Notes: a model not told the origin generated them from the letters alone. DNA of 63,986 nt, filler included, from Octopus bimaculoides (GCF_001194135.2; 6 parts of 6 records of this genome joined end to end with filler, not necessarily neighbours in it); one strand, 5' to 3'; positions 13,641-27,769 are shown, counted from the first letter of the whole stretch. Numbers and translations: made by a program.

Positions 13641-16600
13641 GAGAGTTCGCTTCTCTAGTATAAAATATTTCTTGTCTTTCAAAGTTTGTTAAAAATAAAG
13701 TCAAAAATATGAATCTTCCTGGAGAGATTACTGGAAATAGAGCACATTGCGAGGGGTGAAATTTTAAGTATGGAGCTGTTCATTAGAAGTGGTAGTAGTG
13801 TGGAGTATTCTTGTTCTTAGGCATTACATACTCACCCCTTTCAGTTTGGCATTATTCCAATCTGCTAGGATTACTTTAACCATTTTTCAGGCATTTCTTT
13901 CTATAAGTTTGTAAGCTTTCTCTGTTGAGAAAAATCTGTGTAGTTTGCTGCTTTTGATCCAACTTTTCTTTGTTGTTAACTTTGTGAAAATCAGATGGGG
14001 TTTCTATGGCTGCTTTCTTTTGGATGTGAATTTTAACAGCTGACTGAGCTGTCACTAAGCTATGAAACAACCAGCGTGTTTGTGAAAAGATTGTATGACC
14101 TTTGATTGCTACTGCCAACTCATCACTCTTTACAGAGATAGCCACTCTTGATCAAGGTTCTATCCAATGTGGTAGAAATATTAGACAATGCTATTTATTA
14201 CACATCACCACTTTTTTACCTCGGTTTAGAAGTTCCATTATTTCAACAACAAAAGCATTCGCATTTTGTAACTGTTCATAGATTTTTTAAAAATAACTCA
14301 TAAGTATTTAAAATATGAAAAGAAATATTTAAAAAGTCAATTTGTAGACTAAGATTAGACATATTGCTCCCATATTTGTTCTGAACTGATCAGTGTATTA
14401 GTTATCTTTGTTAAGTACAAAGTTCATTAGTACTACGGTTGGTTCACATTTTTTTAACGAAATACTTTCATAGTTTGCCTTTTATACTAATATTAAATAT
14501 ATATATATCCATAAAATAGCTATCAATTTGCTTCTTGTGAATCTTATTGTCCTCATTTCAACACAGTATCACGTGCCCTCTTGCATATCGTATTGAATTT
14601 GAAATACAGTAACTTATCTGCACACTGAATGGGTACTTAACATGCTTGGTTCTGGGTTCAATCCTGGACCAGGCATTTTTTTCTTATTGTCATCAGTTAG
14701 CATCAATGTTCCATGTCAGCATGTGGTAGACGGTTTGACAGGCTCTGATGGACCCAAGGACTGCATTATGCTTCTGTGTCTGGCTTCATATAGTTTCTAT
14801 GATTAGATGCTCTTCCTAGTGTCAACCACTTTACAATGTGTACCAGGTGCTTTTTTGCATGCTACAAACACCACGGAGGTCCCCATGCAGTTTGCAAGAC
14901 TTCCCAAGAGAACTTTATACTTAAGAGATGCGGTGTAGAGAGGAATAAAGTATGAGAGAAAAGGGCCAGAGTAGAACAAGCTTGTTGCTGAAGGGTAGCT
15001 CCATGGCTATCTCATTTTAGAAGAGAGGGTGAAAGTTATCAAGTGGAGCTGGAAAGTGATAAAAATTTTCACCTACAAAGCCTTGTGGATCACAGATTGC
15101 TCATAACTGGTATTGATCTTTTTCTGTTTTTTAAATAAAATAGTCGAATATAAGAAGAGTGAGATTGTACAAAATAAGTAGTCATGAAAGAAAGGTTGCT
15201 ATAAGAGGAAAAGATTTGATGATTGAAAGAGAAGTTAGCAAGGACAGCAAAATATAATGTTAGTAGATTAAAATCGTCATTGTGACTGTGAATTGCTTTC
15301 TAATTCGACAAAGAATGGTATCTAGGACCATATTCTATCTTAGCATATGTTTAAGAAGAAAAAAAAATCTGTGATCTTTTTTTATTAAAGCATGATTAAT
15401 ATTTCGCTGATGTACTGTGAATGTGTTCAGCAGTATAATACAATAAATTCAATTTTATATTAAATGTGTAGAAATTGTGTAAAAATTTCTGAAAATTTAT
15501 TGAGACCTTAACAAGAAAGCCTCTGTGTAGTCACCTGACCTTCAAGAAACAGCAGTCAGATTTTCTTCAAATCACATCTGCCATCTTATATAAAGGACAC
15601 ATTAGATCAGTTATGGCCAACTTGTGATCCACAAGACTTTCTAAATGGCATGCCTAAGAAAAAAATCACTTTGAATTTTTTTTTTTACTAGTGGGGCCCA
15701 TCAGATGATGAGGCATGTCTTAGCCTGCTTCTTGAAAAAGGTTGCCCTTGCCTGCATTAAATCATGTAGTCTTAGATATCCTTATAAAGGTTTGATAGTC
15801 ATGGTTGGAAAGCCTTTAATTATAGGTCTGATTAATTAAGGTTGACCTGATGTTAAACACAAACACCTGAATGCTCCCAGTGCAGTAAAAAAAAAAATTC
15901 CGAGTAAATTCTCTGCTTATCATGAATTGGTGACTTGGATTAACAACTAATCCATTTCTGTTTGTGTTGACACCCTCTTTAACCTCTGTCTTATCAAATC
16001 AAACTTTCTCTGATTTATTATCTCTTTAGAACTGTCTTTCCTTTTCATCATCTGCTAGCTATCTTCTCTCCTGTTTGATAATATTGTAACTCTTTAAACA
16101 TCTAATAATTTTTTTCACAACTGTCTCCCATCTGCAAATATCTTTTCCTATTAGGGAGTCTCATGGAAGTGATGACAAGTAACTGAGACTTTTGGTAATT
16201 TGCTATGCTTAAGAAGAAGCATCAAGCTTAATGAAATCATAGTCGTGGCTAGTGCTGGAGACATGTGGTGGTGACACACATAAGGTACCCATGCCAGTGA
16301 CATGTATAGGACAGCCAGTACACTCTACAGAGTGGTTGGCATTTGGAAGGGCATCCAACCAAGTCAAAACAGACCGGAGCCTGGTGCAGCTCTCCAGCTT
16401 ATCAGTTCCAGTCAAACTGTCTAACCCATGCTAGCATGGAAAAGAGATACTGAAATGATAAGAGGATTCTTTTGTTTTGCTGGGGACAAGGCAACCTGTC
16501 TAGACCTGGTACTATGATAAAATACACCCAGTACACTCTGTACAGTGGTTGAGGATTGGAAGGACATCCAGCTGTAGAAACCATATCAAAAATGTAATGT

Positions 16601-17514
16601 AGATATCTGTTTCTGTCCCTCTCTTATATTTTAACCTTTCACCATTTAGCACAAAACTTCCTCCCCCTTTCCATTTGAGGGGTTCTTTTTTGCATATTAC
16701 TTGGTGACCTCACTGGTGCGCATGTCACATAAAAAAGCTCCTGGTACACTCTGTAAAATGGGTGGCAGTAGGAAGGGCATCCAACCATAGAAGCCATACC
16801 AAAACCGACTGAAGAGTTTTGTGCAGTCCTCTGATTCACCAGCTCCTGTTGAACTGTCCAATCCATGCCAGCATGTAAAGCAGACATTAAATGCTGATGT
16901 GTGAAACATGATCTCTGACCCATTTTGAAGGTAGTAATTTAATGAGAACTAACTTAATCTGTTATGGCCTACTTGATCATTGCCATCAAGGAAAAGCAAA
17001 AGAAAATGATGATGATGATTTCATCACCAATAACATTTTTCAATAGAGTTGCATAGTGGTTATTGTGAGGTACTCCTAGCAATAAGTTCAAATTTTATAA
17101 CAGATAGTCTGTTGTTCACTCACAAAGCAAGATTCCTTTCTCTGCTTGTCTCAGTATGTGCCATTTATTTGCTTCATGGTGTAGAAAGAGCATCCAGCTA
17201 TGAAATCGTATTCTCCAGCATTATGCTAATGTTCATATTAGCAACATCTGACACACCACTCTAGCATAGCTAATTGAAGGTAAACATTAATTGATTAATC
17301 ACACTGTTGTAACACTAAATTAAATACATTATCTTCACTTGATCTTTCCCATTTCCTCTCCAGAAGAGGCAATCTATTTTTAAACACGGTTGTCTTTAAT
17401 AATTCTTTCTAATTTTGGCACAAGGCTAACAATTTTGAGAGGGAGAAGGAAACCAAGTTGATTATATTGACCCCTGTATCTCACTGGTATTTATTTTATT
17501 AATCCTCGAACGAG

Positions 17515-17795
17515 GTCGTTGCCAGTGCTGCTGGACTGGCTCCTATGCAGGTGGCACATAAAAAACACCATTTTGAGCATGGCCATTGCCAGTACTGCCT
17601 GACTGGCCCTTGTGCTGGTGGCACGTAAAAGCACCCACTACACTCTCGGAGTGGTTGGCATTAGGAAGGGATCCAGCTGTAGAAATTCTGCCAGATCAGA
17701 TTGTAGTCTGGTGCAGCCATCTGGTTTGTCAGTCCTCAGTCAAATTGTCCAACCCATGCTAGCATGGAAGGCGGACGTTAAACGAGGATGATGAT
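17515..17795 (+). mobile_element. SINE family C
   Basis: Same sequence as 8770-9075, ending gcggacgttaaacgaggatgatgatg. Confidence 0.85.
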
Positions 17796-19142
17796 GAAAG
17801 GACGAAAGGCAGAGTTGACCTCGATAGAACATAAAGAGCCAGACAAAATACCATTGAGCATTCGGTTCAACATGTTAATGATTCTGCCAGCTTGTCACCT
17901 TACTGTTGTTTTTAATAAGAGATACAAAAAATATCAAGTATTTCTACTAAAAGAATCCATTCTGGGACTAGTTGGCAGAAAAAGGGGCCCTGTCAAACAA
18001 AATCCTTTTAGTAAAATTGATATGAACCTTATGAAGATGAGAGCAATTTCTACAAAACCAAACTAAATTTTTGCGTGTGTGTGTGTGTGTGTGTGTGATA
18101 ATTGATATTTCTTAATCTTTTTCCTTTAACACTCACCCTCCAAAGAATATGAGAGGCAGTGGCATGGCAGAAAAAAATGGGAAACATTAACTGAATGCAT
18201 AACAGTATTTACTCTTAATTTTCTGTATGGCCTACAATATCGTACAGGACTGTCGTCATTCATTCAGTTTTAAAATGCATGATATCGCAAGAATTGTACT
18301 AACCTTCTTTACATTAATTTTGAAGGAAATGAAAAAAAATTCTCTAACGTAAGGGAGAAAACTCTAACCTCGGAAGCATTCCAAGATTTCACTGTTGACT
18401 TAGAAAATTTTCAAAAGGCTGTTAATAGTTTATTTCATCCCTCTATATTCTAAACTAAAGTCCTGCTTGGGTCACCTTTACCTTTCATCTGTCCAGGGCT
18501 GACATATAATAAATACCAGTTGGTTCGATTGATTATACTCTCCTTTTATGATTTTGCACCTGTATAAGAAATCATTATTGTATGTTTTGAAAATATAATA
18601 TTGCAAGGAAGATCTAAACTGTGTTTCATAACATCACAGTCATAGTTTCATTATTTTTTAGTTACAAAGTTTAAAATGTGCTTGTAAGTACTTTCACTTT
18701 TTGGCTGGAAACCACCTACTTTAACAAAATAAATATTTTCTCTTTCATGAGTCCTGAAAATGAAGTGTAAAATTTTTTTTTTTTTTTTTTAAGTTTCAGC
18801 TTAGAGCTGCGGCCATGCTGATGCACCACCCAAAATGTTTTATTTTCAACAATGTTAGTAGAATGAACTCAAAACCACACATTCATAACCCCACAACATT
18901 TATATCTATATAGCTTACTGTGGTATTCATTCAGAGATAACACCTTTTATGGATGTGCCATGCTTTAAAACACTATATATTGCAGGGAGCCAGGAGTCAT
19001 CCTAGCAGTGGCTAGTGAGAATGCCAGATGCATTTCGGTCTTGATGAGTCTTGCAGTAAATTTGCATTTCAACAATGTATTTTCATCACATATGATACAT
19101 AAATAGCTATAATATACATATATATGTATATATATATATATA

Positions 19143-19191
<49 letters not shown>

Positions 19192-19996
19192 NNNNNNNNN
19201 NNNNNNNNNNNNNNNNNNNNNNNNNNNNNNNNNNNNNNNNNNNNNNNNNNNNNNNNNNNNNNNNNNNNNNNNNNNNNNNNNNNNNNNNNNNNNNNNNNNN
19301 NNNNNNNNNNNNNNNNNNNNNNNNNNNNNNNNNNNNNNNNNNNNNNNNNNNNNNNNNNNNNNNNNNNNNNNNNNNNNNNNNNNNNNNNNNNNNNNNNNNN
19401 NNNNNNNNNNNNNNNNNNNNNNNNNNNNNNNNNNNNNNNNNNNNNNNNNNNNNNNNNNNNNNNNNNNNNNNNNNNNNNNNNNNNNNNNNNNNNNNNNNNN
19501 NNNNNNNNNNNNNNNNNNNNNNNNNNNNNNNNNNNNNNNNNNNNNNNNNNNNNNNNNNNNNNNNNNNNNNNNNNNNNNNNNNNNNNNNNNNNNNNNNNNN
19601 NNNNNNNNNNNNNNNNNNNNNNNNNNNNNNNNNNNNNNNNNNNNNNNNNNNNNNNNNNNNNNNNNNNNNNNNNNNNNNNNNNNNNNNNNNNNNNNNNNNN
19701 NNNNNNNNNNNNNNNNNNNNNNNNNNNNNNNNNNNNNNNNNNNNNNNNNNNNNNNNNNNNNNNNNNNNNNNNNNNNNNNNNNNNNNNNNNNNNNNNNNNN
19801 NNNNNNNNNNNNNNNNNNNNNNNNNNNNNNNNNNNNNNNNNNNNNNNNNNNNNNNNNNNNNNNNNNNNNNNNNNNNNNNNNNNNNNNNNNNNNNNNNNNN
19901 NNNNNNNNNNNNNNNNNNNNNNNNNNNNNNNNNNNNNNNNNNNNNNNNNNNNNNNNNNNNNNNNNNNNNNNNNNNNNNNNNNNNNNNNNNNNNNNN

Positions 19997-20035
19997 AAAC
20001 CCAAACCCTAACCCTAAAACCCTAAAGCTAAAACC
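19997..20035. repeat. Degenerate (CCCTAA)n telomere-like tract at a gap edge
   Basis: aaacccaaaccctaaccctaaaaccctaaagctaaaacc. Confidence 0.6.
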
Positions 20036-21162
20036 AGTACAAACGCACGAACGATGTCATAAATAAGAGTAACACGGGTAGTTGTTGTTGACAAACAACG
20101 GGACTAATTTTATTCAAGGGAAAAGATCCCATGACACCGTTACGGCATTAATTGTTTTCACCTCAATAGACGTCAGTGATTGGTTGAAATTACCGAAATA
20201 CGACAATTTTTTACATAAAATAACTTCGAATACAAAATTTTTTATCTGTTCTATACCACAAAATATACAAATATTAGAAGTTTGAAAGTGTTTCGGTACC
20301 AAAAACACTACAAAAAAATGTTGCCCGTCAATGTTGCTTGGAAACAGGTGAAGATTTAGCAAGAAAGTCGTCTGACCATAGAAAATTTACCTCAACAAAT
20401 TCTAACTGAACCATGCAGGCAAGGAAAGTGGACATTAAAACAATGATAATGATAAATGTACGTTCTTTGACAGTCAAAAGTGAAAATCCACAGTAAAAGG
20501 AAATTAAGTTTCTTCAGTTAATATATAAAATTCCTTGGAATATTTTTAAAAATCTTTATCCTTTTTTTCTCCTGCTACTTTTAATCTTTATTAGATCTAT
20601 GTGACCTTTGATCCATGCTTAGAAAGAAATAACTATTGTATAGATACAATGGTTTCTTTCTAAATTGCTTCCTAAAACCTCGTAAGTGAAAAGGGAAGTT
20701 CATATCTTCTGTAGTGAATCTATAATGTATAGATTTTGTTTTTTCTTTATCTAGGATAAATCAACAGACAAATGTAACATCTGAACAATTAATGGTCACA
20801 ACTGTTTCATTAAATATTATTTATTGTATATAACAAGAGCCATAGTATGTAGGTAATTTCTCAAGGAGCTGAGGTCACAGCTCTCATTCATTTGTCATTT
20901 TGTGACTAACACTCTTGAAAAAAAAATAAAAGTTAAGCATACTACACAATCTCATTTTAATTTCTATAAATTTTATGGCTTGTGTCTCTTGAGAATTCTT
21001 TATATATGGTCCTCATGCAACACAGCAGCTAAATGGACATAGGCATGGCTGTGTAATTAATTAAGAAGTTTACTTCACAATTACATGATTCTTTGTGAAA
21101 TCCTGTTGTGTAGCACTTTGGACATGTCTTCTAACACAGCCTCTTGTTGAGCAATACCTTAT

Positions 21163-21406
21163 TTCTTTTTCATTTCTTCATTGCCCACAAGAGGATAAAC
21201 ATGGAGGGCACAAACAAGGACAGACAAAGGGATTAAGTCGATTACATCGACCCCAGTGTGTAACTGGTACTTAATTTATCGACCCCCGAAAGGATGAAAG
21301 GCAAAGTCAACCTCGGCAGAATTTGAACTCAGAACGTAGCGGCAGATGAAATACCGCTAATCATTTCACCCAGCATGCTAACGTTTCTGCCAGCTCACCG
21401 CTGGTA
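21163..21406 (-). mobile_element. SINE family A with perfect 19-bp TSD, inserted into an older family B SINE
   Basis: ttgttgagcaataccttat at 21144-21162 and 21407-21425. Confidence 0.9.
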
Positions 21407-22037
21407 TTGTTGAGCAATACCTTATGAGTTGAATTTGATTGACAGAAACTGTACTGAAGCTCATCAAATATAAATGTATGTTTAAGTCTGAGTGGTTGAA
21501 CATGTTTTGTTACTGCCCATTCTGTGTGTTTTTGCACATTTTCCATACATTATTTTGTTGTCCCCTGGCCTTATTTTATTAATTTCATTAATGTATATTG
21601 ACAAAAGATATAAACACTAACAATAATATAAATATCTCTAGGAAAACCCTTGAGATGTTTGCTTTGCAGTGAGTTACACTTGCTTCAGAAAGATATGTTG
21701 TCTAGCAGTTCTGATAGAAAATAAGCAAGCAGAAATAAAATCAAAATGATATAAGGAAACAACTATATCACACAGATATAGTCAATTATCCGATACAAGC
21801 ATTTGTTTTTCTAAACCTAGTGGGAGTAAAACCAAAGTTGGGTAAACCTCCAGCGAGATTTGAACAAAAAAATTTTGTAAGATGAAATTAATGTTAGACA
21901 TTTTACTTTGGTGTCTACCAACTTTGTCTCTTGACCAACCATTAAGTTCTTAAGTATTACTATTTTCTAATGAAAAAATTACTAGTGCAAGGCCTTTTGT
22001 CTGGCTACCAACTCTCCAGTTATGCCATCCACTGCCT

Positions 22038-22410
22038 TAATGCTTTAACATTTAAACTGGCCAGATCTGACCTCTCACACCTACCCTACAATGTTATTCT
22101 AAAAATAAACTATTGTATCATTTAAATCTCAAAACTACAAGATAATGCATGATTAATTCAAAACTATGTGAATTAATAAATATTCCATATGACAATAATC
22201 TGAATGCTAAATGGTTTAACAGCCACTCAGTAGTAATAATCTAACCCTTTAGCATTCAGATTGCTTTGAATTAACTACGTGTTATCTTGTAGCTTTGAGG
22301 TTTCAATGATGACATTGTTAGGTTGGTGTGAGAAGCCAGATCTGTTTAGTTTGAACATAAAACAGGTAGAAAATTTGGGGTCTGATACAACCGGTTTAAA
22401 TGCTAAAGGG
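22038..22410. mobile_element. Two adjacent, oppositely oriented piggyBac-like MITEs
   Basis: Ends resemble taaccc..tagcatt / aatgctaaa(g/t)ggtt(t)aa; internal ccagatct...ctcacacc motif in both orientations; further copies at 24143 and 49720. Confidence 0.6.
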
Positions 22411-22792
22411 TTGAAGAAATTCTTGCCATATCACTTTTTAGAATCACTTCCCTTGAGGAATTATACCTACTTTTGGATCCTGGAACATTATATTCTCCAA
22501 GACATTAAAGTATTAAACTTAACCATTGAATCTATTATTTAATTTTTAGACTACAGTATATTATATTTTAATTTTTTTGTTCCCCGTACCAAAGATACTT
22601 TCTCTTATTATTTTGATTGTCAATTTCTAAAGATTTAGGTTAGTTTTTTTTTTTTTTTTTTTTTTTTTTTTGAAACCCCCCCCCCCCCAAAAAAAAAGAT
22701 GAAAGGCAAAGTTGACATCATCAGGATTTGAACTCAAGGGCTACAACAGATATTGCAAGACATTACATCCAATTTGCCACCAATGGTTGGAT

Positions 22793-23024
22793 CAGTGGTT
22801 CTCAAACCATTTCTTGCCTGTGGGCCTCTTCGATTTCTATTATACTCTGTTGGACCTCCATAGCCATTCACTGTATATAAAAAAAAAAGCAATCTTACTG
22901 TATTTTTATAACTAAATATAATTAGCAAGTGTATAAAAAAGATATTATTAAATATTTTGTGTATTGTATAATTATAACCAATTTATTGGAGATAAATTTT
23001 AACAAAATCCTATGAGAACCACTG
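22793..23024. mobile_element. hAT-like MITE
   Basis: TIRs cagtggttctca / tgagaaccactg. Confidence 0.75.
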
Positions 23025-23569
23025 GATTAGAATAAAAACGTTGAAAGGGTTTAGAGTTCTGTTTTAGTATTGCAAATATTAGTTTGTCTTTTCTTTTAAA
23101 TTCCTGTGATTGCCATTATTCATATTACCAGTTGGAGAGTAAATATTAGATCTTGGTTCTATATATGTATTGTAGTTAATACTCTGATTGTTTTTTCATA
23201 ATAGGCCTCAATTAATTAACCTTAATACCTTTCAGTGAATAACATGTTAATTGTTGTTGTTCTGAATGTTATCTTAAGTCAACACTGCTTTGATAAAATA
23301 AACAATAAACTTCATCTTTTTGACATATTGATCTTTGACCTGGCTTTGATTTGAGGATTTATAAAAGTATGTCAGTTGATGTATGCCTATCTGTATATCT
23401 ATGATAATTCTCCTTGGTTACATCAACAAAAAAAAACTAATTTTAAAATTAATTAAGCTTAATTATTTTCTTTTTGGATTCTTTGTTACATGCTGTCTCT
23501 TTATAGTATCACAATAAAATAAATGCAAAGAAAAATCATTATAGGTTTAACCCTTTTGTTGTTATATTT

Positions 23570-23720
23570 CGGAGTGGTTGGTGTTAGGAAGGGCATCCAG
23601 CTGTAGAAACTTTGCCGGATTAGACTTGAGCCTGGTGCAGCCTTCTGGCACACCAGTCCTCAGTCAAACCGTCCAACCCATGCCAGCATGGAAAGCGGAC
23701 GTTAAACGATGATGATGATT
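23570..23720 (+). mobile_element. SINE family C 3' part
   Basis: ggagtggttggtgttaggaagggcatccagctgtag...ggacgttaaacgatgatg. Confidence 0.85.
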
Positions 23721-23744
23721 TCTGTTGCAATATACTATCTTTGT

Positions 23745-23868
23745 GGGGTTGACTTCGCTTTTCATCCTTTCGGGGTCAATAAATTAAGTACCAGTTACAT
23801 CCTGGGGTTGATCTATTCAACTGGCCCCCTCCCCCAAAATTTCAGGCTTTGTGCCTAGAGTAGAAAAG
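23745..23868 (+). mobile_element. 5'-truncated SINE family A with 16-bp TSD
   Basis: aatatactatctttgt (23729-23744) and aatatactgtctttgt (23869-23884), 15/16 identical. Confidence 0.85.
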
Positions 23869-24142
23869 AATATACTGTCTTTGTATCAATTAATTTTGAA
23901 GATAATGAAGAATTTAGTAAAATAACTTTGTCGTTATTAAGCAGATGTTTGGAGCATAAAGTTGCAGGAAAAATCCCAGAATCATAGAGCCTTGGGCTGG
24001 TTGACATCAAAAGAGTTGATAATCAGAATTAAGCATACTTGCAAAAAAGAAATTTTTTTTTAAACCTGATGGACACAAGAACCTGCCACCAGGTCCAGCA
24101 AGATTAAGCACCAGTCAAAGACTGGGGTAAATTTCTATAATC

Positions 24143-24365
24143 TTTTAGCATTTAGACAACCAAATCTGGCCAATATATTCTATTTGTTTTATGTTCAAAC
24201 CAGTCAGATCTGACCTCTCACACCTACTCTCTACTATGTCATTCTTAAATTAAACAATCATATCATCAAAATCTCAAAGCTACAAAATAATTGCATGATT
24301 AATTGAAAACAATGCGAATAAATAGGGATTACATTTGACAGTGTAATCTAAATGCTAAATGGCTG
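24143..24365. mobile_element. piggyBac-like MITE, same family as 22038
   Basis: tcttttagcattt...tctaaatgctaaatggctgaa. Confidence 0.6.
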
Positions 24366-24894
24366 AAGTTAAACTGGGGTAAGCTTCTATACTGCATACC
24401 AGATGTGAGATTTATTATAGGAGAAATTGATGTTACCATTTATATATTCACTTGTTTGGAGACCTTTATTGATACCAATAAAACTTTTTAATTATTACAA
24501 ATTAACTACAATACCATTCTTTCTTCATGCATGTATAAAAGGAAATAATTTCACTGATAATAATAATAGTTTATTTTGATTTTTTTTTTTTTTTTTAATG
24601 GTGATTTCAAAAAAATATCTGTGAACTTTAATCTTGGTTTATAACAAAAATCGTCATCTATTTTTTTTCTTCTGTTGTATTTATTTCTGAAGTCAACTTG
24701 TTGCATTCTTTTGCAGTACAAAAGTTTCCACCTTTAGACAGAGTTTATCTCTGAAACAAACAAAAAAAAAAATAATAAATAAAAGATAAAGGAAAATATA
24801 TTCATCAACATTTTATTGTATTATTTTCTTTTTCACAGAGTTTATGTATTTGCTCAATGACAATGGCATTTCTGCAAGTTTTACCTGTAGTCAT

Positions 24895-24979
24895 ATGTAT
24901 GTGTGTGTATATGTGTGTGTGTGTATGTATGTGTATGTATATATATATATATGTGTGTGTGTGTGTATGTATGTGTATG

Positions 24980-25013
<34 letters not shown>

Positions 25014-25083
25014 CATATATATATGTATATGTGTGTGTATATATACATGTGTGTGTATATATATATATATATGTATATATGTG

Positions 25084-25152
<69 letters not shown>

Positions 25153-25165
25153 GTATGTATGTATG
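24895..25165. repeat. Compound (TA)n/(TG)n microsatellite
   Basis: Directly visible. Confidence 0.95.
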
Positions 25166-26407
25166 TTGTGTGCTTGTTCATCTTTGATACCTATTGTTTT
25201 GTTATGTTTTTTTTTCTCAAAGTTATGTTTCTTTTATTGTAATTAATGTATTTGCAAGTGTGTATAATATACTGAAACAAAAGTCAGAATATTTTAATCA
25301 ACATTATTAGATATAGTGCGATTGGGTATGTGACATTTTGGCAAACCTGTTTGACGTGGCTCATTCAACTGACCTATTTGACATCAAATGGTTTAATGTT
25401 TCATTCTCTCCCCATCACTCTTTCCCTCTATCCATCTATTTATATGTGTATATTTCTGTGTGTGTGTGTGTGCGTGTGTTTGCCTCTAGTGCCAAAAAGT
25501 ACTGTTGCAAAAACAGATTGAATGTCCAGTCAGCCAAGCCAAATCGTCAGCATCCAAACATCTCATTCAAAGGGTGATATACTGCTTCCAGTTATATTTG
25601 AGTTTAATAACAAAACTTTTAAGACATTGTAGATTTTGCATTGATTTTAAAATAAAAATATTGTATATTCTATTCACTGGCAAATACAATATCCAAATCT
25701 AATTTCCCCCAAATTTTAATTTTTTTTTTTTTTATTTAATGTTGTGTGAATTCAACTTTCTGCTTTTTAAATTTTATTTTAATTAAATTTGAATTTCTTT
25801 TGGTTATAATTGTTAAATTAGATTTTAGTAATAGTAAAATAAAATTAAATAAATGTAAGTTATTGTTTTGAGTGGTTAGAGTTCTCAAAACTCTGCAAAC
25901 TCGTCTTCATTCAGTTCCAAGCAAAATTTCCATAGACATCAGTGTCCTCTATTCAATTTTCTGGTATTGTAAACACTATCAACTGGTAAACAGAAGAGAA
26001 TTAAAGAATTCCTGGATGCCAAAAAAACTTTACTTGTGATATTTAGAGTTTTGAATTAATCTACTTACTTCTTTATATTATTTCTAAGGAATAATATTAA
26101 TAAACTGCTAATAATGTGCTTACATAATACCTCGAGTAACCAGTTTTATGTAAAAAAAATCTTCTAAATTGAGCTTATTTCTTAGATTTGCTTAATCACT
26201 CTTTCACATACCACAACTGCAAAAACCAACTTTTCACTTGTTTTCTCTCAACACACATCTGTGTTTTATGAGAAGTGCAGTAGCTGAAAGGTTATGATGC
26301 TGGACTGTATAGCTTGTAAGATGATTGATTAGTTCAAATCTAGCTTTTGGATTTCGATTTATCCCTAGATGAGCTGCTACATGTATTATGCTGCTCTTTT
26401 TCATTAA

Positions 26408-26612
26408 CCCTTAAATGGCAGGAAAGGGTTGCATGAATGTGTGTGCCAAACAGGAAGTGAAAAACAAAAAAAACATCTCTTTGTATTCTTACTTGCACTT
26501 CAAGTACAAAACTAATAATTGTTAATCTTTTGCACAATAAAACTTACAATTTCATTATCAAAAAGTGTTGTAAAATATTCGCTTTCCTTTGATGATGTCT
26601 GCCATTTAAGGG
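26408..26612. mobile_element. piggyBac-type MITE (205 bp)
   Basis: Perfect 14-bp TIRs CCCTTAAATGGCAG / CTGCCATTTAAGGG, flanked on both sides by TTAA (26404-26407, 26613-26616). Confidence 0.85.
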
Positions 26613-27769
26613 TTAATCCACATGATTGAAATAACTTACCATTCCTTTATATTTGAGGGATTCATCTAAGAAACAGCATCCAACTGAAAAATACCTCTTA
26701 TCAGATTGGAAAACAATCTAGAATTATAACTACATAACTTAGGAAAAGAATATGATTTCTGACGAATTGAAGAAAGAAATTTCCAGAAACAAACAAATTA
26801 CATTTGTTTGAACTCTAATTCCCTCTTCAAAAAGTAACTTTGTTATTTGAGAACTTTTGCATTCATACGGCACTTGCCGTCAACCAAACCCGAGTCTTCT
26901 ATCCACTTCTATTATTTTTTCCACTGACCAATTAGAATAATTTATGTAGCTTAATCTTCTTTTAGCACTTTTACTAATTATTGTAATTATATATTTATTG
27001 CTTTGCATTGCTATTAGTCAATCAGTTCCCTTCACTTTGATGTTGTTGTTGTTGATGTTGTTGCTATTATTGTTGTATCTTCTTATATCAATAGAACAGA
27101 TTGAACTTTTCAGCAATCTTACAGCATGTTTGTTTTAATGTATTTTACTAATATTGTCAAACCCTATCACCTTTTATCATCTCAGTTGTACACGAAAGGC
27201 TTTCTTATTTTATTTATTTATTTTTTTCTTTTAGTTATATTTTTTTGGCTGCCACAAATTTCTGCCTGTTAAAAAAAAAAAAAAATCACTATATCACAGT
27301 TGCTTCCTTGTGAAAAATTTAATGTATTCCGTCTACAGCCAATTATAATATTGTTCCACAGCATATTTTATTACATCAACCGAAAGCCAATTCCAAATTT
27401 TGGTTGCCACCTGCAAGTGTCCCAAGAATTTTGCTTAAAAGCACATCTGCTATTAATTGGTGGTGAATTGGTAAATTACATCTTAAACCTAAAACAATCT
27501 ATGGAACTGGGGGTAAAGCCTAAAACGATGCCTCTGAACTATAGCTTTTACTGCAAAAATACAAAAGCTTCTCTAAATAATCATTAAATATACATTATGT
27601 CCCCAACCAAGATTAGTGGCTATGGATCTCACTAACTGTGATTCAGGACATATTTAGTTTTATTATATATTTTTTTTAAAGTAATTTAAAGTAATAATTA
27701 AATTAAAAAATTAAAAAAGCAGAGAGCGAAAGGACGTTTTTCTTTACCACAAATTTTATTTGCTTGCAG

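Noticed and set aside
19069-20066. ~300-aa ORFs spanning gaps (also at 37637, 44436, 53405, 54912, 61596)
   Set aside because: Made of X from N runs.
24838-24897. Possible exon [19 protein letters not shown] after a good acceptor
   Set aside because: The donor is the start of a microsatellite, there is no homology, and no matching neighbouring exon was found.
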